Shown in pieces: positions 23,701-37,826 of a stretch of 64,000 nucleotides of DNA; positions within the stretch are counted from its first letter, which is position 1, and every line of letters begins with the position of its first letter. The notes below the pieces were generated by a model. It was not told where the DNA came from and did no database searches. It was given only the letters and a program-made list of their open reading frames with translations. The stretch is from Azolla caroliniana (lineage: Eukaryota > Plantae > Polypodiophyta), in the NCBI GenBank assembly GCA_043228905.1, contig JBHGNT010000005.1:15872001-15936000 (forward strand), in the 5' to 3' direction. Position numbers and translations under genes: made by a program.

Positions 23701-26700
23701 ATTTCTTTGCAATATTTAGGATGCACATGCTTGCACATGCTTGCAATTTAGGATCTATTTTACAGGATAACTGCATGGATCTTCAAAGTAATTCTAACAG
23801 CAGTCCATGAAAAATTGATATTATATAATATGCGAAGAAATATAAAATTTTCATGTGTTTTTATGTTCTATTATATATTAAACACATGAATCTGTTTAAA
23901 CAATAAAAGAATCCAATTTCATATCGTATATCATCTGATGTTTCATTTTGATAAAATATTAAACCAAGTACTTTCTGGCTTTAACTTGTTGCTGTATTGC
24001 ACTCATGAATTCACATTTAATTTCTATATTGTATAAATACTTTAAATGAGATCTGGTCTGTGTTTTGTATATATCTTACTTCAGTGCAGGATTGATACTT
24101 GCATCGTGGCTGTTAACTCTAGGGTAAGCATCGACTTTCATTGTTTTTTTCTCTTCACAATTTATTCTCTACGGTAAGCAACCTTATTGACATGTAAGCG
24201 AGTTCATGTAATTGTTTCTTCACTTGTTTGGTATAATTAAGGTTTGTATGGACGCTGCTTCTTTGTGGTTAATGATTTTGAAGCATGATAGTTTCAAGGA
24301 CTTCACATGCATGATATACACCAAGTGTAGAAATCAGATAAGACACTATTATTCAGGATTGGGGAGGTATGAAATAGCTTGTTATAACATGGGTTTATCA
24401 TGTTTTGGCTTGATATACACCAAGTGTAGAAATCAAATAAGACACTATTATTCAGGATTGGTGAGGTATGAAATAGCTTGTTATAACATGGGTTTATCAT
24501 GTTTTGGCTGTCAAACGACCTCCAGTGCGCGAGACATGTGGCAGATAATAGAACAGAGAGAAGATAGAATAGAAGAAGCAAGAGCAATGAAGATGTGGCT
24601 AGTTTTAGATAGAACCAAGTACACGCAATAGGTCATGTTGACCTTCTTGAGGACAGCTAGGGTGAGAATCCCCTTTATATACAACCAAGTATGGAAAAGT
24701 TACCATGTTTATTTGCATGGAAAGAATCTAGTCATGCGGATGGGTTGTTGTGATATTGTGATGTAAGATCCAAACTTTGGTTGGTTCCGACTTTAAAAGC
24801 AGGTGCAGTGACCTGCCAACAATCAGCTTGATCTTCCTCGTAACAGATACGATACCACCTTCTTTACGCCCTAATAAGTAGGTGAATAAAGATATGTATC
24901 TTCATGTTTATCTTGAACATAGGAGTGTGGTCTTGCTTTAATAGTTGTGCACGTTCTTTTGTCAAGGGGTTTATAGAACTAGTCGGGTTATTGACATTGA
25001 ATCGTGCATGCAACTTATAGGATGCAGAAAAATGGATTTGCAGCATACAATTTTATTCTCCTTTGCTTTCTCTCTTGTTTCTTATTGTCTTCCATCATTC
25101 TATCTTGGGCTTGGCTACAACCCTAACATTTTGAATTGGAATGATTCATCAATGACTAAAAGACCTTATATAGTGTTGTTGCATCCATGCATGCTCGCCA
25201 CCTTTCAGTCATGCATAATCAACACTTGGCATTTATGCAAGCATGCCATTTGGCAATCATACATTAGCTTGTGCGAGTTGGCGACATATCGTAATATTAT
25301 GTTCATAGCCTAGATTATTGACAAGAAATTGTAATAAATATTGTATATAAAATGATAATAATCTATTGGTTAAAGCTTAGATATATATAATAGGGGTCAT
25401 GGGTTCAATTCTGTCTGACCTTTTGGTGGTGACATGATTACTGTAGCATTATGTAGGTGTTCATGATGCAAATAACCTATATATCGACCCAAAATCAGGG
25501 GAAGCACCACCCTAAAGATCAATTAGACAATCATATGGCAGTGCTTGTGTAGACAATCTGCATTTTGTTTGTCAAATACGTCAAGGAGACCATTGTATTG
25601 AGCTGTAAGTGGGACTGTTGTAGAGTCCTGAATGAGTGATTAAAAGGAGGTTGGCACGATGAGGATGATGTATATTTGAGTAACTTCGGCTAACATTGTG
25701 CATTGGCCTTGGTGGAGTCAAGTATACAAACGGACATGCCTTTTATAATGGAGCAGTAAATGTCATATCTACCATTGGATCAAGATAGTTAATTGTTGGA
25801 TCACATGTTGTAGCTATGGTGGGGGTAAAGCTAGCAACCGGAGCAAAACTTGTAGTTACAGCAAGGATGGGCATTGCTGTACCCGTCAAAGTTGCCTGAT
25901 AATGTAAGTAGGGGCATTACTCTGTAGATGAGAGGAAGTAATTAGGGATTTGTGTTGAGACTTCATGGGCCAAGTTCGTCAATCTATCGTCAGATTGTGT
26001 GATTCAGGCCAAGGTAATTTGAGGATAACAGGGTGGTGCAAAGGAGCAATGGAATTGATTGCAATATCTTTTGATGTGATGTGATCGGGATAATTTAAGG
26101 GGTTCCTGCTCATTAACCAACACAACTGAAATAGGAATATGCTTTCGCAGGACAGTATGAAGGAAGGATTGTGGAGCCGTAATCTATTTGAGCAAGTATC
26201 TTGAAACTAGGGGATAGTTCGGATATACAACTGGAGCCCTGGCAAAGGTCTTGTCTATGTTGTCCAGGTGCACGGCTCTTACCGCTACAGGCCAACCCTG
26301 TTTCTGATTGGTTGACTGAATCCATCATCACAAATTCAATAAAAGTTTTTTAATATGACCCTGAATTCCTCATCGAATCTGATTGAGGAGGCTTGTTCAT
26401 CCCAATGGATGTCACATGCTAATTGCCGAAACAAGGTGACTCAACAATGTGGATATGCTATTTGTGAGAGTGCAAAGGCAAGATAGTCCTTGCATCAAGT
26501 TGAGAACCAAATCACTTTCAATCAAATAGTAAGAAGTTCAAGGTTCATCAGTAAGAGTTATTACAAGAGACGGCACTTTGATCCTTGAGGCAAGAGGTGC
26601 AGGTGCAAGGTCTAGTCTTCACCACAAATTCAAGAAAAGTTAAAGAAAACAAGGTAGAAAGATAGAGTAAGACAATGCGACCAACATCACCTAATTTGGA

Positions 26701-29700
26701 CTTCTTTCCACGTTAGACAAGGCACCTCTACTTTGTTACCTTGTTGTAACGTCATCCAACCTCATAAGCAAACATATTATGACTTGTTTTCTTCCTTAAG
26801 TAGAATTGATCCCTCCTTTTGTAGGCCTCCAAAAAATAACGGTCAAGAGTTAAAATAGGGCATTACTTTTTTCTTCCATCTTGTCGTCATTTTTTCTTTA
26901 CACAGAAATGCTTTTCTTTTATGCCTATTGCTGTTAATTGCATTTTATCTAGAAAGATTTGTCCTCAAATTACATGTATGGCCTTCCCCAAATTACAATT
27001 AATGCTTAAGCCATATCCCAACTCTCTTGGAACTTAATTCGTAAGCTCTTTTATGTTCCATTCTCCAATTTGTATGCCATTGGTGGCATTCACTTTGTCT
27101 TTTGGATGTCCCTTCACTTTTGATCCAAAATCACTGACTCATTTAGCTGCCTCCCTTGGCCCCACATGAACCATTTATGGTGAACACCACCCTGTATGAA
27201 AAAGTCTCTCTTTTCCATTCACTAGGCTACGGACAAAAGAAGAGACATCAAAAGATGCATAAACAAAATGTGAGTGGCGACACATTTTTTAAACCTCACG
27301 CAAATGAAGATAGATGATACATTAACAAAAGATACAGTCAGTGGGAAAAACTTCCCGTGCTGACACACTTTTGACAATTACAATCACCGTCTTTCTCGTT
27401 GTCAACAAAAGAAAGAGAGGATTACAATGTGGATATAATAAGTTAAAAAGAAACATAGGAACCAGTTCATTTCTTCCTCTTCTCCAGCTGTTATGTTGCC
27501 ATCCACTCCTGGAATATAAGTAGTGCCATGAGATACATACTTCTTCATACACCAACCATTGAGGCTATGTGAATGCATTGTGCTATCCAAATTTTTAAGC
27601 TGAAAGCTGCCATGAGATACATACGTCTTCATACACCAACCGTTGAGCCTATGTGAATGCATTGCTCTATCCAAATCTTTAAGCTGAAAGTTTTTGTTGT
27701 ACTTTTTGTGCACCACATAAGGTCCATCCCGCTGGTTATCAAGGTCCTGTCATTGCACATTATCATACCTATTGTTATATCTCAAAGCCAATGCACCTTT
27801 GTCGATGTCGAAATTTTGATGTGTCGATGTTGAACTTTTGATGCTTCATATTACTCCTTTCTTTGTATTGCTTGCTGCATATAATGCTCCATAACTTCTT
27901 CTCTTCAATATGTAGTAGGTGGTTCCTCATTAAACTGTTCATAAGAGCATTTCCTTCTTCACGTTGTGATGCTTCAATCAATCTATTACTTTTTATTTCA
28001 AGCACTATGGGAAAAATGCTTCTTACCCATAGTAAATCCTGTTGATGAGTAACAGAAACATGATACACCCAAAGAGCATCTTCTGTACACCTATCCCATG
28101 TTCTCGATTTATCTTGCCCTTGCTTTGTCAAATTCTTCACAATAATCACATTCATTTTGTCCACTGCTCCATTTGGTTGTGGATACTAAGGAGTTGCATA
28201 TCTGTGCTTAATCTTCAATCTTGTTTATAGACATGCTAACATTTCACTCCTAAAACTTGGACCATGATTTGATACAATTTCCATAGGAACTCCAAGCTTG
28301 GTACAAATATTTTTATATACAAATTGGGCTACATGTTTAGCTTTAATAGAAGAGGTTGCCACTACTTCTACCTGTCAGGTCATCTAGTGAATAGCCACTA
28401 GAATGAAACCTTTCCATTTCGAGTCTTTGGGAGCGGGTGCACTGAATTGATTCCTCATTTCTTGAAGGGTGCGAAAACCACTATCGATTGTAGAGGACCA
28501 CTGTTGATGGGTGGCCCCTCCCAAGGGGGTTCGAATGTGCGGAGAGAGGGAGAGAGACACACAGAGAATGAGAGGGAAAATCAAGACAGACACAAGTTGA
28601 GGGGTAACTTCAATATATTTCTCCTTCTTTTCATGCCCCATGGGTGGGGGTTTATATAGTACAAGATCAAGACAATACAAAAAGCCAAATGGGGGGTAGT
28701 TACACCTACTTACCCCAGTCTCTCACATTTGCACACATGCACACAAAACGCCAAATTGCATGTGTACACACTCTTCCTCACACTCACACATTAACAACAT
28801 GTTACACATTACACCTTAACCCTCCCGTACACCTATACGGGTAACAACCACTTTATAGACAACTCCACCCCGCCCATTGGCATGCATCACATGATCTACA
28901 CCATTCATGCACATCCTTGTATATAGTAGGCAAAATAAAACCAATTAGAAAAACCTTTCTTATTATGATATCATGGGCCAAATGTCCACGACAAGCCTTG
29001 GCATCTTTCGTAGAATCTCCACAATCTCATCTTTAGTTGGTACCCTTTATAGAACTTCATCTTTGCGTTTATAGTATAAATCTTCTCCAACCAACAGATA
29101 TTGGGATGCATTTGCCACCAACTGCTTTCTATGCAAGGCTGTGAGTTGAATTGGAATTTCTCCTCCACTAAGAAAGCTTTGTATCCCTTTTAGGGACTCA
29201 ACATCCTTACATGTTTCTAATACACAAACTACATTCTCCTTTATTGTTTTCATTTGTGATTGCGGTAATGCATTTGGGTCTTTGTTGTTTAACCTTCCAC
29301 GTGTAACTTAGGAAACCTACTACTCTTTCAGAAAACCTAGGAGGCCCATCACTTCTATATTGAAATTTCTAAGATCATCACTCTGACACTTCCAACTACC
29401 AAAAACTTGTTTAATTACCAGTAGAGAGTCTCCTTTGATTATAAGTCTTGTTATCTTTAAGGCTTTACAAAGACAAAGATCAAAACGTAATGTAGCATAT
29501 GCAGTGCTTCATGTTTAACTGTTTTTCCAATTGAGTCTTTTATGACAAATCCTCCCGCAACTATGGTTGTTGATTTATGACATGCTCCATCAAAGAACAA
29601 GGTGAATGCGTTGTCCAAATCTGATTCTGGTAGCACATTCCTTAGCTTTGCTAAGTCTTCCTCATGAATTTTTCTCTATATGTAAGGAGATCAGCTAATT

Positions 29701-32700
29701 CTGCATGTATAGTCGATGTAATCAAAGTGTACCAATAATAGGGTCCACTTAGCAATCCTTGCTGGCATGCTCACATGTTGAAGTACACATGGGAGCAATG
29801 ACATGCCGGTGATTATCACAAAGCAATGGGGAAGTTAAAGGTCCTAAATGACCCCCCTATAGTGTGTACATGTGTATAGGCCTATTTATAAAGGCTAAAA
29901 GTCACTTATCTCTTTTTCGTTATTTTTGGGCCAAGTTCATTGTGAACTTAGCCAAAACCCTAAATGGGTCATATAAAACATACGTTAATAACTTTTGGAT
30001 CTCACTTCAAAGGTGAACTCCTCCAACTACTACTCTCTCTCTATCTTTTCTACCATAGCTCCACTATTGCATCTAAAGAGTCTGCGCAGGTGCTGTACAG
30101 CAAAGAACAGGTGTTCAAACCTCTTTATTGAGCTATGGTGTAATCCTCCTTAGATATAAAACATAAGTTAATAACTTTTCAATCTCACTTCAAAGGTGAG
30201 CTCCTCCAACTATTGCTCTCTCTCTATCTTTTCTACCATAGCTCCATTGTTGCATCTAAAGAGTTTGCACAGGTGCTGTACAACAAAGAACAGGTGTTCA
30301 GACCTCTTTATTGTGTAGCTATGGCATCATCCTCCTTAGATGTGAAGAATCTTTTTGAGATTCGACGATTTGAGGGAACAGGTTTCAACTTCTGGAAGGA
30401 AAGAATGCAAGGAATTCTTTTTTTGAAGGATTGTGACAGGGTATTGGAGGCAGAAAAACCATAGAACATGTCCGAAGATGCATGGCAGATTTTAAATAAA
30501 AAGGTTGTCATATATATTAAGAGGGCTGTTTCTGATGAGATTTTAGTACATCTCAAAGGGTTGGTATTTGCTCCTGAAATATGGGCAAAGCTGAAGGCTA
30601 CCTATGAAAACAATACACCAGTTAATCAAGTACACCCATAGAATGAACCATACGTATCATACGTGTGTTTGCATTCGAGAATGATTCAATCAAACGTGTA
30701 TGGTAAATCACCTCGTAATTGGATTGGATTGACAAGTTGGATTGGATTGACTATGATCTATATTATATATTGATTCACTCTCAATCCCAATAAGTAGACT
30801 CTAATCCATTGTGAACCACCAACATAAGTATGGTTGCAATATTTGGGATGCTTCTTAAGAATCAAGACATCTCTATCCTCCTCACTTTAGAACATTACAA
30901 AAAAATGAGTATGAACTATAGAGATTGAATCAAAATATGTCATTATAAATTATAATCAAATGTTCAACATAAAACGTATATTTGAGAATATGAAGAAAAC
31001 ATGACATAGGCAGTAGTAGCATAACAACTTAGGGGCTCCATACTCAATGAAGAGATCAAGAGAAGCAAGTGGGGAAGGTGGCAGTGCAGCCAACATGGTT
31101 AGAGGTAGGATAGATAAGAGAAGTAACTATGCACACAAGAACAAAAGTAAAAGCAAGGAAAGGGGAAATAACAGCAAAGTTAAAAGCAATGATGTAACAT
31201 GCTATCAGTGTGGCAGGAAAGGCCACAAGAAACTTGATTGCCGCTATTGCAAAGCCAAACTTGAAAGAAAAAAGAATTTTGGAGATAAGAAAAAGGACAA
31301 GACTAATGCACATGACGGCAAAAAGGACGAAGAGAAGGCCAATTTGGCCTCTAATGTAGGCATAGTGGAGCTGTCAGATGTTGAGGACATTTTATGTGCT
31401 ACTTTTTCAGCTGATGATACTTATGCATATGATGCCTCTTTAAATATTCATTCACATGACGTGTGCATCACTAGGAATGATCTTATTGATGCTTTGCGGA
31501 CTGTCAATGTTGCATTGGCCCAAACATGGATAGTTGACTCTGGTGCTTCATTTCATGTGTCTCCTATCAAGGAGTGTTTTACTACTTTTATTGCAGGCGA
31601 CCATGGCCATGTATACCTTGGAAACAATCATGCATGTTCCATTGAGGGTATTGGCATTGTGCATTTTTCTACAAATGGCACTAATGAGCTGGTTTTGCAT
31701 AATGTGCGTTATGTACCAGGGATCAAGAAGAGCTTGCTTTTTGTGGGTCAAATGGATATGCATGGTTATAGCATTCTCTTTGAGAGAGGATCATGGAAAA
31801 TGACAAAAGGTTCAAGGCACAAAGAAGGGAACTCTTTATTGCTTACATGGAAATGCTATATCGGGCAAATTTATTGCTTTGGCTGAAGTTCACTCCCATA
31901 TGGAGTTGTGGCATAAGAGACTTGGCCATATGAGCCGAAAGGGTCTCACTAGGCTTTGTAATCTAAAGAAGCTTGATGCTAAAGGCACAAAGCTTGATTT
32001 TTGTAATGAATGCCAATATGGTAAGCAAGTGAAGCGTTCCTTTTACTCTGGTGTGTCTTGTAAGTCTTGTGTACTTGATCTTGTTCATTCTGATGTGTGT
32101 AGCATGCCCACCAATCTATGTGGGGTGCAATGTATTTTATCTCATTTGTTGATGATTTTTCTAGAAAAATTTGGGTTCAATTGCTTAAATCTAAGGATGA
32201 AGTCTTAGCTGCATTTAAGCGTTTTCATGGATTTGTGACCACCCAAATAGGCAGAAAACTGAAATGTTTGCGTACGGACTATGGTGGTGAGTATGCAAGT
32301 GCTGAATTCAAGAATTTTTGTGAAATTTTGGGTATTAAGAGGGAGCTTACTGTGCCATACAACCCCTCTTCTGGTGGTGTGGCTGAACGATATAACAGGA
32401 CACTTTGTGAGAGAGTGAGATGCATGCTGTCCACCACTAATCTCCCTCATGGATTTTGGGGAGAGGCACTCAAAACTGCAGTACATGTATGCAATAGATC
32501 CCCTCACACATCCTTGAAGAGGTTTGGTCTGGCAAACTTGCTTCATTTGATCACTTACATGTCTTTGGCTGCGAGGCTTTTGTACATATAAGGCTTGAGC
32601 TGAGAAACAAACTTGATGCCAAGTCCATTAAAGGCCTCTTCATGGGATATGGTGAAGAAGGCGAAATGGGCTACAGGATTTGGATACCCCAGCTCAAGAA

Positions 32701-35700
32701 GGTTATATGCAGCCAGGATGTTGTTTTCAATGAGGCAAGGCTGCTTCCAAACAATTGTGCCTCAAAAGATGACCATAAAAGGGTTAGATTTCAGCATGAC
32801 CAGCCACCTGTTAGACCCAATTTTGACCATCAGGATGCACCACAAAGGACTGAAAAGATTGATGATCCCGTGGTTTTGGAGCCAGAAGATGGACAGCAAG
32901 ATGAGGATCCTGAGGGGAATATGCAGCCAAGTAATAATGCTGAAAATGGTGCAGAAAATAATGGACAGCAGCCTAATGATGATTTAGACGTACCGCCTAA
33001 TGCTGACCCATTGCCTGACAATGTGGATCATTGGGTGAGACGTTCTACTTGTATTAGACGAAATGTGAGTAGATTTGACCCCTTGTTGCACTACATAATC
33101 TTGACTGGTGAGGGAGAACCTCCTACATATAAAGAGGCAAAGGCATGTGAGCACAACAATAAGTGGGAGCTTGCTATGCAGGAAGAGATTAAGGCTTTGC
33201 ATTCAAATAACACTTGGGACTTGGTTAAACTGCCCAAAGGAAGGAAAGCTATTCCTAACAAATGGGTATATAAAATCAAGACTGTTGATGACAAACCCAA
33301 GTATAAAGAAGGCTGGTTGCAAAAGGATATGCTCAAACTAAAGGCATAGATTTCCAGGAAGTGTTTTCTCCTGTGGTAAAAATGACCACTTTGCGAGTGC
33401 TATTTGCTATAGTGGCTGCACTTGATTTGGAATTAGACCAAATGGATGTACATACAGCTTTTTTGAATGGTGACATTGATGAAGAGCATTACATGAAGCA
33501 GCCCGAGGGCTTTGTTATTCTTGGAAAGGAACATTTGGTATATAAGCTCAATAGAAGCTTGTATGGGCTGAAACAAGCTTCTAGACAATGGTACAAAAAG
33601 TTTGATGCTTTTATGCTCAAACATGGGTACAAAAGAAGCCATGCTGATCACTGTTTGTATACTAAAATAGATGAAAATGGCAGTCCAATCATTCTTGTAC
33701 TATATGTAGATGATATTCTCATTGCTGCCAAGAAAAGGAGCATTGTTGATGTCCTTAAAAAGCAGCTGAAATCTGCATTTTCAATGAAAGACCTTGGGGG
33801 ATCTGAACATGTACTTGGAGTAAGAATTAGGAGACAAAGGGAGCAGCACACATTATATTTATCTCATGAAAAATACATTGACAAGGTGCTGGACAGATTT
33901 GGTATGGCTGACGCAAAGCCTCTTGGAGTGCTGTTACAACCATATGATAAAATCTCTAAGGAAGATTGTCCTAAGACACGAGAACCAATAAATTACATGC
34001 AAGGTGTACCTTATGCTTTAGCTTGTGGTTCGCTTATGTATGCTATGGTTGCTACTAGACCTGATATTGCCTATGGTTTCAACATTAAGAATTCTTTCTC
34101 AACATCAGATTTGACTTTGGTAATAAAGTAGATAGGATGCATAAGCCTACTTTCAGAACCTTGTTGCATGAGAATGGCAACTATAGCATGAGATCCAAAG
34201 CTGAGAGAGAAAGAAAGTAGATTTCCTTTTGGGTGGCATAAGAATAGTGGCATTTAGAGAAAAATCAGTTGTAATTGTCCACATAAAGTTGTTGGATTTT
34301 GCCATGCCAAGAAGAAGGAAACATGCGACAAGGCAAAAATCTGTGGTGTAATCTTCGGATCTTGCTCATTGCTGTTCTGACCCTATGGGTATGTTGGAAG
34401 CATGCTTTAACTCATGGTTAAAGCCATCAAAATTCTCCAGAAATGGTGGTTTTTTCTCTAACAATGGTGCAAACCATGCCACTGCTGTTCTTGTTAACAC
34501 TGTTCGCAGCATGATGGGCAATAATGACAATTAACATGGAATATGGGTAATATAATTGTATGCGCATCCTTTAGATGCACATGGAATGACCATGCTTGTG
34601 AATAAGGAGGAAGTTGAGAGGTGATATATGCTACTCATATTTATGTGACTCAACCGCATTAACTCACTGAAGTAAACTCCTATGATTCACTGAAATAAAT
34701 TTTAATGGGTCACTGAAACCCATTTTGATGAGCCACACAAAAGATGACTCTCTCGGACAGGGACAGAACCCATCGTTTGTATAAGCTGGGCCAAAAAAAC
34801 TGAACAAAGCTGATCAAATGCTTGCTCTAAACCAAGCTGAATTATAATGATCTCTTAATTTGTATTTTATGCATAATCTGTCCTCATTTGTATTTTGTGC
34901 ATAATCTGTTCCAATTTATTTGTATTGTGTATAATCTCCAAAACGGAGGTAATGGAGGTACCTTAGGAATCAATTTAGTAATACCCACTTTCCAAGAATT
35001 ATGCATATGTCCAGCTCAGATTTCTTGACACAGTGGTCAATAGTGATGGCAACAAATCTGCATGATTTACGAAGAATTCATTAATGGGATCATCCTACCA
35101 TGGCTTATGCCAAGAACCTGAAGGAAATCTGAACCCACTAGTCTCATCCTCTCCTTTTCTTACTGCCTCGTTTGCCTGGCTTGTCTCTCAATTTATTTGT
35201 ATAATCCAGATTATACCCTCACAAAGGCATTTATTACTGCAGGGTTAGCAATGCAGAGACATTGTGCTTAGGTTTAGTTGCTGTTGCTGTATTTCTTGTG
35301 GTGATGCCACTCTTTAAAGCCACTGCAGGAATTCTATTGCAGATGTCTCCGCAAAGCCTATCAACATCAATGCTTCACAAGTGTCAGAGACAAGTAGGAT
35401 AGATTTTCACAAATTTCTATATTATGCTAATGTGTCCCATCATTCCTGATTTAACTGAATCTCTCAGGTGATATTGCTGGAACGAGTTTTAGATATGCAT
35501 GCTCGCTTTTGGGAGATGGTTCCCGGATTTGTAGTAGGCACTATCCTCGTACAGGTACTAATGTATAAAATCTTCCTAGCAGGCATCTTGATTCTGCTAG
35601 GTAATGATTACCCACTATCATTTACATCTGATGAACTAAATGGGTAATTCTGGTTAAATGTAGGTAAAAGCAGACACAGATGAGCAAAAGGTGCTTCAAC

Positions 35701-35768
35701 ATGTGCATAGCGTATATAATGATATTGGGATAAAAGACCTTACTGTCCAACTTGAGATTCAAGTGTAA
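20757..35768 (+). CDS. MTP5: Metal tolerance protein, MTP5/MTPc2-like cation diffusion facilitator (Zn-CDF), 10 exons, 555 aa
   Basis: GT-AG exons at 20757-21657, 21905-22013, 22822-22861, 22958-23034, 23144-23232, 23580-23649, 24085-24123, 35243-35393, 35468-35554 and 35664-35768 sum to 1668 nt in frame. Motifs GLVSDAFHLTFGCGLL, YGYKRLEVLAAFTNA, HYLIVSAVTNL, YRKAEDMNYHSIFLHVLSDSIRSAGLILASW, ARFWEMVPG and GIKDLTVQ match plant MTP5 as I recall it. Confidence 0.93.
24312..24509. repeat. 99-bp tandem duplication in MTP5 intron 7
   Basis: TGATATACACCAAGTGTAGAAATC...GGGTTTATCATGTTTTGGCT occurs twice. Confidence 0.85.
27400..29800 (-). mobile_element. Degraded Ty3/gypsy-like fragments (RNase H/integrase-like) with an LTR at 28502-28861, inside MTP5 intron 7
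   Basis: On the minus strand, PPT GGGCGGGGTGGAGT is followed by TG...CATCAACA. Coding remnants include WDRCTEDALWVY...SIFPIVLEIKS and an IKGDSLLVIKQV-like RNase H sequence near 29410-29445. Confidence 0.5.
29985..30340. repeat. ~180-bp tandem duplication just upstream of the intronic copia gag
   Basis: AATAACTTTT..ATCTCACTTCAAAGGTGA.CTCCTCCAACTA...GCTATGG...TCCTCCTTAGAT occurs twice. Confidence 0.8.
30322..34075 (+). mobile_element. Degraded, truncated Ty1/copia gag-pol inside MTP5 intron 7
   Basis: Gag RFEGTGFNFWKERM, knuckle CYQCGRKGHKKLDC, protease WIVDSGAS, LWHKRLGH, integrase RTDYGGEY...VAERYNRT and RT LYGLKQASRQW...YVDD, ending at ATRPDIAY. Frameshifts present; no LTRs recognised. Confidence 0.85.
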
Positions 35769-36949
35769 GATATTATGAGGAAAACATTCTCAATGCGCTT
35801 TAGCTGAAAAGGTCTTCAGATGCCAGTTGTCTGGTATATGTTATCATTGATATAAATCAAGGTGATTTATCTTTGAGATGAGTATGGCAACCCCATTGTT
35901 ATCAGGTCATGTTTTTACTCTGGACATTTGTAGCTGGCTTGGCATCTCAGTTGTATAGTACCTAAAATATTGTATTCCCTCCCAAATTTGCAAATCTGCA
36001 AGTAAAATGTGGCGTCTAGCAAACATAATTTGTGAATGAATACTGGTGCTTCATTTCCTCTGTATCTAATAAAAGAACCTGGTAGTTCCATGCCAATTTT
36101 CTGAATTGAGAGATGATTTTATGAAATATTGAACATTTGTCACTACTTTAGATACTTCTATTGCACTTATTATCTTCGTTTTTGGCACTCTTAAATCTTA
36201 CCAGATATGACGAAGCATGCGTGTCTTTCCATGGGTCTTAAGTAGGGGGATGACGGAGTTTAAAATGGAGATGTTGACCAACAATGAATATGTGGGAACT
36301 TTGGCTGAGTATGTAAAGTAACTTTAATCTGATTGATCCACTCAGTGTGTTATTGATTACTTTTACAATAACTACTCTACCGGAATACCTCTAATACTTT
36401 ACCTGAAGGTGGATGGAAGTTCGAAGTTCAAGGAAAAGAGTGTTGGAAAGTAACAATACTTGACAATGACTCTAGAAAGTAATTATACTTAACAATATGA
36501 CTTCATTTTTTTGAACGATGATTTTAGTAACCGGGATAGTTTTTTGCAGCAATAGTGAAGTGGAATGTAGGAGATTAATTTGGTTCCGCATGTATATATT
36601 TTTGTTTGTGTTTGATCTCATAGAAACTCATTGTTGGTATTTGGAAGTCCTTACGAGTTAGTTTACATGTCATGGATTTGACAAAGATGTCTTGTATGTG
36701 TATGGAGACCAAGAGAGTTGAGTTGTACCCAAAAATTGCATGAGCAAGACGGAAACCCCCCTCACTGATGGCCTATCAATGGCTATCTAATTTGAATGAA
36801 GTTTTTGGCTTGTGGTTTAGATATTGACTAGGAGTTTATGGCCTTGCTAGAATGGGGACACGTTTTTAGCGTGTGTTTCCTCCACAATGATTTGGGTACA
36901 TGCTTGTGCCACATTAAACAGAATGAACTCTATTCACACCAAGTGTTGT

Positions 36950-37826
36950 GACAGGAATGATAAACCAACCAATTGCTTCATGATTGATGTAAGTTCAACA
37001 TGTCAAACAACTCCCAAATTTGTGAGCTGCATTGGATATTCATAACACTTAAAACATATGTTGAAGTTAACATCTTAATAGAATTGTAACGCCATATGGA
37101 TAGGTAGATTTTATAATCTTGTCATGATGCATTTAGTGTGCAAGAAGGCCTCATTCACTGAGGAATTTATTGATGCGTCATGAAGCAAATATTTTGGATC
37201 CTATTGAAACACAATTTTGCTTTTATGTGTCTTTTGGACTTTTTTGCTTGCTTCTATGTGATTCTAGTTGATGCGAGGAAATTTTTTAAACCTTAATAAT
37301 GTATTTGGAGACCTTTCTACGGCTAGATCTTAATGGGAAGTCGTCCTATCTCAAGGAGTGTTTCTATCTTTTGTTTTTCGGCTTGGAGAAATTGTTTAAG
37401 CAAATGCCTTTGGACATTTTCAAACTCTTTCCAAGTAGACTTATAGAGGGATGTTACAACCCAATACTCCCATCAAATCAAGAAGCATACGTGTCACCAT
37501 ATTGTTCAAAGGTGTTTTGTGAAGACACGACATTTAATTTCTTCACCAATGCATGTGTCCTCAAATGCATAATATGCTCCTTCTCTTGTCTCTAAGTAGT
37601 AGATCACACATTTATTCAACTTATGATCTGAGGGAACTTCAATACAAAGATATTTAAAGCTCTCCACACCCTCAAGTAGCTCATTATTGTACATAATGTA
37701 TGGTTTATCCCTACCTTGGTTTTTCACAAACATAATTTTTGTTTTAGAGATATTGGCACCCAACTTAGTATGCATGCAAAACTCTTCGAATGCCCTCATG
37801 CATATCTCCTAAAGTATTTGCACTGA
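36950..37826 (-). mobile_element. Degraded RTE-X-like LINE fragment (RT C-terminal part)
   Basis: FEEFCMHTKLGANISKTKIM...VESFKYL parallels FCTQRGLVVNLGKTKVL...YVYLG of the intact LINE. Its 5' junction abuts (GA)n at 37828-37852. Confidence 0.6.

Noticed and set aside
25400-26700. Possible gypsy pol remnant in MTP5 intron 7
   Set aside because: Too degraded to assign motifs or boundaries confidently by eye.
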